NCBI GenBank assembly: GCA_964493915.1
Contig: CAZBQH010000415.1
Location: 1 to 50,468 of the forward strand
DNA length: 50,468 nt
Source of the DNA: an uncultured Nitrospiraceae bacterium
GTDB lineage: Bacteria; Hydrogenedentota; Hydrogenedentia; Hydrogenedentales; SLHB01
Direction: 5' to 3'
Under the pieces are notes generated by a model, which worked only from the letters and a program-made list of their open reading frames with translations, was not told the DNA's origin and did not search any database. Position 1 is the first letter of the stretch. The number at the start of each line of letters is the position of its first letter. Both the position numbers and the translations under genes were made by a program. Of this stretch, positions 1-7,900 are shown piece by piece.

Positions 1-1
1 T

Positions 2-1027
2 ACGGTTGTCGCAACCGCCACCGTACCCAAACACAACTTCATCCGAGACTCGCGCGACCCCCAAGTCGTCGACTCCCATCTGCCCTTGGCGTGGTTCACA
101 GAGAAAGGAACGAGCAACACCATTGCGGTGCTGGCTTGCTGGGGCATGCACCCAGAGGCCTTGGGCGGCCGCAACACATTGATCAGCTCTGATTTCGTGC
201 ACTACTTTCGCCGCGCCATCGAGGATGGTCTCGACGGTCCGCAGGCATTTGAGGGATTCGGCGGCGTCTGCATCTTTTTCGCAGGGCCTCTCGGCGGCCT
301 CATGACCCAGCTTGGTCTCCCGATCACGGATCGCCATGGCAACACACACAAGGATAACGGCGTTGGCAAGGCAAAGGCCCAAGGCGAGAATCTCGCCCTG
401 CTTGCAGCCAAAGCCTTGCGCAGCGAGACAAGCCGCATCATGAAGGACCAGCGTGTGGCTGTCTGCGCCAAGACCTTCTACGCCCCTATCGGCTGGCCTT
501 TCAAAGCAGCGCTCTACCTCGGGATCGTCCACCCCGGCGTTTACGGCGGCAAGGCGAAGAGCGAGATTGACGCCATCCGCATCGGGGAGATTGAGATGCT
601 CACCACGCCAGGCGAGCTGTTCCCCGAGATTGCCTATGGCGGGATCGAAAACCCTGAAGGCGCGGATTTCACGGTCGCCCCCGTTGAGACGCCGCCGCTG
701 ACGGCCGCCATGAATGGCGCCCCTAAGATGAACATCAACCTCTGCAACGACGAGATCGGCTACATCGTGCCCAAGTCTCAGTGGGATCAGAAAGCACCCT
801 TTGCCTATGGCCTGACAAGCCCTCCGTACGGCGAGGTTTACACGGGCGAACCGGAAATCGCGCCGGTAATCCACCGAACCAGCCTCGACGTGCTTGAAGA
901 GCTCCACCACGCACTTGGGGAAACGGCTGAGGCCGGATATGTCATCCACGAAGGCACCGAAAACGCACAGGAAACGGCTGCCGCAGCCGAAGAACCCGCT
1001 AATCTGCTAGAGGACAGTGCACAGTGA
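2..1027 (+). CDS. Neutral/alkaline ceramidase-like hydrolase family protein, 5'-truncated by the window edge
   Basis: The frame is open from position 2 (TVVATATVPKHNFIRDSRDPQVVD...), upstream of the listed 86 start. Motifs WGMHPEAL, ISSDFVHY, TTPGELFPE and NDEIGYIVP resemble ceramidase-like family proteins. Confidence 0.55.
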   Translation, partial: TVVATATVPKHNFIRDSRDPQVVDSHLPLAWFTEKGTSNTIAVLACWGMHPEALGGRNTLISSDFVHYFRRAIEDGLDGPQAFEGFGGVCIFFAGPLGGLMTQLGLPITDRHGNTHKDNGVGKAKAQGENLALLAAKALRSETSRIMKDQRVAVCAKTFYAPIGWPFKAALYLGIVHPGVYGGKAKSEIDAIRIGEIEMLTTPGELFPEIAYGGIENPEGADFTVAPVETPPLTAAMNGAPKMNINLCNDEIGYIVPKSQWDQKAPFAYGLTSPPYGEVYTGEPEIAPVIHRTSLDVLEELHHALGETAEAGYVIHEGTENAQETAAAAEEPANLLEDSAQ

Positions 1028-1091
1028 ACCACGTGTTTGCGGGCGCCTCAATGACGGCCTGCTGCACAAGAACGCCGCCATTACGAGCAAT

Positions 1092-3458
1092 TCATCGGAT
1101 CCACCTCAACAGAAAGCCCCCCGCCGTCGGGAATGCGAGCAAGAGCAATGCCAAACTGACAATCGTCCCAGCGGGCACGCCATCATGGCCGTTGCTGTTG
1201 TTTTCTTCTCCAACAGCACAGGAAAACTCACCACCGCACTCCTGGAATTCGAGATTTCTATTGGGAACCCCCACTCCCTTGATAATGAGCTTATCAATGC
1301 CTCCTCGGTAACTTCCGTTGAGGATTTGGGCGGGCAAGGTCCATCCCGAGGCTGTGGCGTCTCCCAAGCCTGGCAGCGCCTGCAGGTTAAGCCGGCCTAT
1401 CTCCATGAAATCAGAACCCCTGCAGTAAGAAAAAACAAAATCAGCGCCCTCCACCCGACAACGGTACTGCAACGTGGACGAGACGTCGATCGCTCCCGAC
1501 GTCCAGACACCGTTGTAGTCCGGGTCGAGCAGAAGAAGATGGGCGGCGCCGTCTCGCAGCCGGGCAACGATATGTCCTCGTGTAACGCCCTCAGGATCAT
1601 TCACAAACACCCAAAGCGGATAGAACACCCCCGTTACCGCCGGTTCCGTTAAAAGCACATTGACCTCGGGAAACTGGCTGTAGAACCGGTCTGCCTGATA
1701 CCTCGCGATGCTGGCGCCCGTAACGGCACCGGTAAACGTCAGCGTGCATGCATTCTGAGCGACTGCCCCTGCATCGGACCAGAACAGTTCGGCCTCTCGG
1801 TCGCTTTGGCTGCCCGAAAACCGTGCGGTTCCTCCCGCGACCCGCGTGCGGAGCCAGTCTCTGTACGCATTGTCATACGGTCCCAACTGCACGTCTTCGG
1901 GCGTCAAGTCAACATGAGAAGCGGTCTCATCGCCAAACACCTCCAGGAAAGCGTCTAAGTAACGGAAACCGTGCTCCCGGCACGGGATCAGATAGTGCCC
2001 CTCGAGCCACTCATTCCAATTGTCCAGAAGAACCATGCGCTGACCCAAGTCGCCCTCGGGCAGGTTCCCCATAAAAGTCTTCACTTGGCCGCAGAGCATC
2101 TGGAAGCTGTCCGAGCTCATGTGATAATGGGCAGACGCATGGTGATTCGGCAGCGCCTCGATGGGCGACGGGTCCCACATGAATGATAATGTCGGCACAT
2201 TGGGCAGAATGTCCCAGTCGCGGCGGTCCTGCAGGTTCTGCATAATCACCGACCGCGCCGTGGCATCGGAAGCGCCGTCGGGTACATTGCCCCAGCAATA
2301 CGCGAAACTCGCGTCAAGCCCGCAGTCGGCGATAAGCTGAATCACGTCCGGCCACCAGTGCCGCGATTCCCCAAAAACGTACAGCCCCGAGAAACCCTCG
2401 CCGACGCACCTGGCTCGCATCAGGTCCATAGCAGCGCGGACGTTTTCAGTGGATCCCAAATCCTCGATGAGACGTTGAATGTCGTAGATGAACAACACGG
2501 GCTTGCCGTCCACGACAAGGTAGTTTGGACGCCTGAAATAGGTTTGCATCCAGAACGCGAAGAGATGGTCCATCAGGTCTTCCTGGGAAGCCACACCCGA
2601 ATACGCCCCGTTGGTCCACATGATGGCAAACTTGATCCGGTTCTGGTAGCGTGCATGAAACAACCCTTCATGGAGGGCATGCCCCAACTGCTGCTGCAAC
2701 GGATCACCGTCGTTCCCGATAGCGCGGTACCAGTCATACATAAAAAAGTCCACGCCGTGCTCGACGGCCCACTTGATCTGCCAGTCCGTTGCCTCGGGGT
2801 CGCTCTCGTCGTACCAACCCAGCGCCGGTTTGCGCCAGGGATAGTCGACCTCGAGAGGCGCCCAACCCATGTGGTCGCCCGGCTTCCATCCCGGGAAAAA
2901 CATCATACCCACGAGTTCCGGCGTGTCGCGGACGATGGGTTCCGGCACATAATCGGCAGTCGAAGGGGCGACCGGTTCCGTAAAGGTCGTATCGAGGACG
3001 TCCTCGGTGGTCTCCGTGCCTTCTCCCGTAATGGTCACGCGAAAGACGCCTGAAAAACCCTTCTCGGCACGGACGCGCCATGACAGGCGGGCCGAAGGCA
3101 GAGGGGCCGGATAGCTGCTGGGCAGGAACGCGCCGCCGAGCTGAATCGTTTTCTGCTGCCAGTCGGAAGGTGAAATGCTGGTCGTCGAGTTCTCCAGAAG
3201 CGCCGCGTCTGCAGGCGCCTCGAGCGCGACCTCAAGCGCCGGATGGGCCTCCTCGAGATCCCGCACATAGAGCCAAAGCACCTCCTCGCGGCCGGCCCGC
3301 TGGACAGACCGGTCCCAGTACAACCTCGCGAGGAGATCGTCGGTCGAACCCTTAGGGGTTCCCGCCTCAGCATGTGAAATTCCGCCAGCACCACAAAACG
3401 ACACCCACACCAGGACACAAAACGCTAAAGCCACCCGGAAAGGAGAGCTGCGTGTCAT
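1092..3458 (-). CDS. Secreted GH99-like / WbsX-family glycoside hydrolase domain protein with C-terminal membrane anchor
   Basis: Signal peptide. Motifs FFPGW, KPALGWYDESDPEATDWQIKWAVEHGVDFFMYDWY, YLVVDGKPVLFIY and DNWNEWLEGHYL are typical of GH99-like/WbsX domains. Ends in a hydrophobic helix plus basic tail. Confidence 0.75.
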   Translation of the reverse strand: MTRSSPFRVALAFCVLVWVSFCGAGGISHAEAGTPKGSTDDLLARLYWDRSVQRAGREEVLWLYVRDLEEAHPALEVALEAPADAALLENSTTSISPSDWQQKTIQLGGAFLPSSYPAPLPSARLSWRVRAEKGFSGVFRVTITGEGTETTEDVLDTTFTEPVAPSTADYVPEPIVRDTPELVGMMFFPGWKPGDHMGWAPLEVDYPWRKPALGWYDESDPEATDWQIKWAVEHGVDFFMYDWYRAIGNDGDPLQQQLGHALHEGLFHARYQNRIKFAIMWTNGAYSGVASQEDLMDHLFAFWMQTYFRRPNYLVVDGKPVLFIYDIQRLIEDLGSTENVRAAMDLMRARCVGEGFSGLYVFGESRHWWPDVIQLIADCGLDASFAYCWGNVPDGASDATARSVIMQNLQDRRDWDILPNVPTLSFMWDPSPIEALPNHHASAHYHMSSDSFQMLCGQVKTFMGNLPEGDLGQRMVLLDNWNEWLEGHYLIPCREHGFRYLDAFLEVFGDETASHVDLTPEDVQLGPYDNAYRDWLRTRVAGGTARFSGSQSDREAELFWSDAGAVAQNACTLTFTGAVTGASIARYQADRFYSQFPEVNVLLTEPAVTGVFYPLWVFVNDPEGVTRGHIVARLRDGAAHLLLLDPDYNGVWTSGAIDVSSTLQYRCRVEGADFVFSYCRGSDFMEIGRLNLQALPGLGDATASGWTLPAQILNGSYRGGIDKLIIKGVGVPNRNLEFQECGGEFSCAVGEENNSNGHDGVPAGTIVSLALLLLAFPTAGGFLLRWIR

Positions 3459-3838
3459 AGTGCATTGCCCCTACGCGAAACAGCCATGAATCTCGCAACT
3501 CTCAAGCTGCATTCATCAGGCATAGCCCCGAATATCCTTTCAGCGTCCCGCAAACCAGGCGAGACCACACGATCCTAACGAAGCGGTCAAGCGCATGGCT
3601 CGGACCTACCCTAAGGCATGCACAAAGTGCGTTCTAGAAAAACCATTTTCACGCTTTACGGCCTGCCTTGTCCAGTCCTGCTGGATAGTTGCGCCATGAC
3701 CGCAGGTCTTCAGCATCAGATGCCTTGACAAAGCCGTCTCGGCCTTGAGGGTGTGCGCGAGAAAACACCTCACGACCGGCTACGAATGAAAACAGTCGGA
3801 CATCGCATGCCTGTGGCCGTTTGTGAACCGCCGGAATC

Positions 3839-3868
3839 TTGAATTTCGAAGCGAGCATAGTCTAAAGT
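3839..3868 (+). promoter_or_regulatory. Possible sigma70 promoter of rpsD
   Basis: TTGAAT (3839-3844), 18 nt, TAAAGT (3863-3868), about 120 nt upstream of the rpsD ATG. Confidence 0.4.
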
Positions 3869-3985
3869 ATTGCGTTTTTGTACATTCATGCATCGCTCGC
3901 GCTCAGGCCTTATTCAGGAAAGGCTGAGCCCAGGGCGTGCACACGCAGAACAAAAAGAGAAAGGAATCTAGGAAACAGGATTCAC

Positions 3986-4594
3986 ATGGGTAGATACACA
4001 GGACCAAAACACAAACTCTGCCGTCGGCTCGGGCAGTGTATATGGGGAGACCCGAAATGCCCGAGCGTCAAGCGCCCTTATCCACCGGGCCAACACGGCC
4101 CCACGATGCGGCGTAAGCTCTCAGTCTACGGTCAGCAGCTTCTTGACAAACAAAAGATCCAGACGCATTACGGCCTGCTCGAGCGCCAAATGCGACGGGT
4201 TTTCACCAGAGCCCAACGCATGGGCGGCGTGACCGGCGCCAACCTCCTGATGCTTCTCGAGTCTCGCCTCGACTCAGTCGTTCACCGTTTGGGCTTCGCA
4301 CCGACAATCCCGGGCGCGCGTCAACTCGTGGTCCACGGGCATGTACTCGTCGACGGGCGGAAAGTGGACCGTCCCTCGTTTCAGGTAAAACAAGGAATGA
4401 CTGTATCTATCCGCGAGCGCAGCCGGAAAATACCCATGATCCTTGAAGGCGCAGAGAATCCTCCGGCGGCCATCCCAGAATACCTTGAGCGCGCCCCGCG
4501 CTCCTTCGAAGCGCGCATGGTTGCCACCCCCAATCTAGATACGGTCCCTTTCAAACCGGACACGGCAGGGATCATCGGTTTCTACTCCCGCTAA
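3986..4594 (+). CDS. rpsD: 30S ribosomal protein S4
   Basis: MGRYTGPKHKLCRRLG...PYPPGQHG...YGQQLLDKQK...LESRLDSVVHRLGFAPT...ARQLVVHGHVLVDGRKVDRPS...IIGFYSR. The likely start is ATG 3986, not the track's 3878. Confidence 0.97.
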   Translation: MGRYTGPKHKLCRRLGQCIWGDPKCPSVKRPYPPGQHGPTMRRKLSVYGQQLLDKQKIQTHYGLLERQMRRVFTRAQRMGGVTGANLLMLLESRLDSVVHRLGFAPTIPGARQLVVHGHVLVDGRKVDRPSFQVKQGMTVSIRERSRKIPMILEGAENPPAAIPEYLERAPRSFEARMVATPNLDTVPFKPDTAGIIGFYSR

Positions 4595-4615
4595 TCCTCA
4601 GCATGCTATCTATTC

Positions 4616-4650
4616 CAGGGGCGGATCCGCAAAGATCCGTCCCTGTTTTT
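4616..4650 (+). terminator. Rho-independent terminator of rpsD
   Basis: 12-bp stem CAGGGGCGGATC / GATCCGTCCCTG (one G-U) followed by TTTTT. Confidence 0.85.
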
Positions 4651-4880
4651 GCTTTGCCCAACGTTTTAAATCCGCTGCCCAACGCATTCTATGAAAGATG
4701 GACCGCCCCCCTTTCCAAATCCCGTCTGATCACGCCCCGCCCGCCCAGCTCTCAACTTCCGGCTCGAACCACCTGAAGGCTGCTGTCCAGTGACTACAGC
4801 AATAAATGCACTATTATTGTGCTCGTCGAGTGCGCCCTGTCTGCATATTTAGTCAAGCGAGTTCAGTGAAAGGAAGAGTT

Positions 4881-4912
4881 ATGTTAGAAAAACGTTAGGA
4901 TTATGTTAAGAT
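4881..4912 (+). promoter_or_regulatory. Pho-box-like (PhoB/OmpR-family) direct repeats with extended -10
   Basis: TGTTAG 4882, CGTTAG 4893 and TGTTAA 4904 at an exact 11-bp period. The last overlaps TG-n-TAAGAT (4904-4912). Confidence 0.55.
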
Positions 4913-4952
4913 TACATGAGCAGCTGCTCATAGAGAAAGGGTCCTTTTTCAG

Positions 4953-7900
4953 ATGATCGGGAGCAGACACGGGGCCGGTTTTTCCGGCCTGGCGGCTGGT
5001 TTTATACTTGCAGCTCTAGCCTGCGGTGCGGCCCACAGCGCCGTCCTCATCAACGAACTGCAGGCCGCGACAACCGATCGCCTCCTGCAATGGCCCGAGA
5101 ATGGCATGCCATTGCTCGGCGCCGCCCCCTCGTGGACTTCGCCGGATTTCGACGACACAGCATGGCCCAGCGGGCCCGGCCCCTTGGGTTACGGCGAGAG
5201 CGGCATTGCCACATCCGTTGACACAAATGCGTACGGCGCCGTCTCCCTCTACGTTCGCAAGACCTTTTTCGCAAGCGCTGATGAGGCCGCATCGGACCAG
5301 GCGCTCACCCTTTCCATCGACTTCGACGACAGTTTTGTGGCGTATGTAAACGGCGTCGATGTGGCCCGGCGCGCCATGGCTGCCGAACATGGGTTCATAT
5401 ACCATGATCAGACAGCCTATAACGCGAGGGAGTCCGGCGTGCCAGAGGCTTTCTCTCTAGGACCCGCATCGAGTCTCCTACGGGAAGGCAAGAACGTGCT
5501 GGCCGTCCAAGTGCACAACATCTTTCTCGGCAGCAGCGACCTGGTCGTCAAAGCGGACCTTGCCATGGCAGGTCGTGCAGAACTGCTCGTTAACCATACC
5601 GGCACGTGGCGTTATATGGTGGGAACATGCGAGCCTTCGGGCGGCGTAAGCGACGAAGACTGCGCGTTCTGCGACTGGATCGAGCTTTACAACAACGGAT
5701 CTCAGGTGAACCTCGGCGGCTGGTCGTTGACGGACGACCCGCTGGACCCGGGCAAGTGGCGCTTTCCCAGTGTGACGCTCCCGAGCGGGCAATACCTCGT
5801 TGTTTTCGCCTCGGGCAAAGATCGGACCAGTCCCTACCTTCACACAAGCTTCAAGCTCTCGAGCGAGGGCGAATACCTCGGGCTTTTCGACAATGCGGGA
5901 GGCCTCGTAGATGTCATCGCGCCTGCCTTTCCGCACCAGTCCCCCTTCTACTCGTATGGGCGCGCCTCGAACGGATCGTGGGCCTATTTCGAGACCGTCA
6001 CCCCAGGAAGGCCAAACAGCCTTGGACGCCAGTTTCAGGGCATCCTGGACCCGCCCCGATTTACAGCAGAAGGTGGGCTGTATGATAGTCCTTTCGACCT
6101 GACGCTCAGTTCTGCACCGGCTACGACAATCCGCTATACCTTGAGCGAGCGGGCGCCGCTCGGCCAAGACGGCGTGCGATGGGAGTTCAACGGCGACGGG
6201 GACCCGGAAGGTTGGAGCCCTTGGCACTCGACAAGCGCCTTCGAAGTCTCGGGCGGGGCGTTGCATTTCAGCATCACGAACACCGACCCCTTTATCGGCG
6301 CCCCGAGTTTCGCCCTGGACGCATCCCTCCACCACTACGTGGTCATCCGGATGCGCATGTCCATCGCGGGCAGATGCCAGATTTTCTTCGTCACGCAAAC
6401 CCAAACCGGTTGGGACGAGCCGAAGAGCCGGTTCTTCGAGTCCGGGCCGGCCAATGAGTTCACGGACTATGTGCTGGATCTCAGCGACCACGAGCTGTGG
6501 AACGGCTACATCACAGGGCTGAGGGTCGATCCGCCGAGCGAGGCCTCGACGGGCGACGTCGCCATCGATTTTATACGGGTCATCGCCGAGCCTGACACGT
6601 CTCCAAGCGAAGAACCGTCGCCAGCCTCCCCCTTTGTCGAGGGACGCGAGCCTTCTGAACACTCCGGCGCTGTTTACACAGGTCCTATCCACATTGAGGC
6701 CAACACCATCATACGTGCAAGGGCATTCAGGGAGGGTTTCATACCCAGTCCGACGGTCACCCACACTTACATATTCGGCACAGGTCTTCCCGGCGACGAC
6801 CGTCCGGCGCTGCATTCGCTCCCGATACTCGCCGTTGTCGGCGACAAGGAGCGCAGCCTTGTCGAGCCGCACGGGTTTATGGCGATCCGCGGCGGATCTT
6901 ACACAGGCCAGTACGGATGGTGGGAACCGCAGGACATCGACGACTACAATCATCCCATCATGCACGGCCGCGCCTTCGAGCGGCCGGTGGCCGTCGAATT
7001 CTTCGACCCGCTGGGCGGCGCCGGGTTCTGCACCGATGTGGGGATGCGGCTGGCCCGCAGCGACGTCGCCCGGCCCTCCTTCCGTTGGGTAGATGGGTGT
7101 TGGGTGAGTTCCGGCAAGTGGTCGTTCCGCTTGTATTTCCGCAACGACTATGGGGAATCGCCTCTCGATTTCCCGCTTTACCCCGAAGAACACAGTTCGA
7201 ACCGCTTCGACGTGCTTGCGATCCGCACCTTTGGCGGCGATTGGAAGAACCCTTTTATCAACGAAGAGTTGACGCGGCGGCTCCAGATCGAGATGGGTGC
7301 GGGCGGATCCTACGGCATTTACGTGAATCTGTTCATCAACGGCCAATACAAGGCCTACTTGAACCTCTGTGAGCGGCTTGACGAGAGTTATTTTCAGCAC
7401 CTGCACAACAGCGACAATGAATGGGACGTTCTCAAGAAACAAGTCAACAGGGACTTCCAACCCGTTCTCGAGGTGCAAGGCGGCGACCTCACCGCCTGGA
7501 ACAGCCTCATCGACTACGTCCGGAGCCACGACCTGGCGGTTTATGCCAACTACCTCGAAGCGGCTGGACGCGTTGACGTCCCCCAGTTCATCGACTGGAT
7601 CCTCGCAAACGTCTACGCAGGGATGATCGACTGGCCCTGGAACAACTGGATCGCCGCCCGCGAACGCACACCCGAGGGGATCTGGCACTTCTACATATGG
7701 GACGCCGACTACACGTTCCGCATGCTCGAGCAACACGGTCACGGCGGCGTGAACCACCGGACAATGGACAACATCGAGTACCAGGGCAACCAGGTCAACG
7801 ACCTGTATCGGGCGCTCAAGAACAGCCCCGAGTTCCGCGTGCTCTGGTGGGACCGCGTGCACAAGCACTTCGGGCCGGGCGGCGCGCTGTCTAAGGAGAA

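Noticed and set aside
3878-3985. Extended N-termini given by the ORF track (rpsD 3878, VTC 10559, DUF4956 11188, NYN 25596, GntR 41162, J-like 48702)
   Set aside because: Downstream starts fit family N-termini, SD positions or gene overlaps better.
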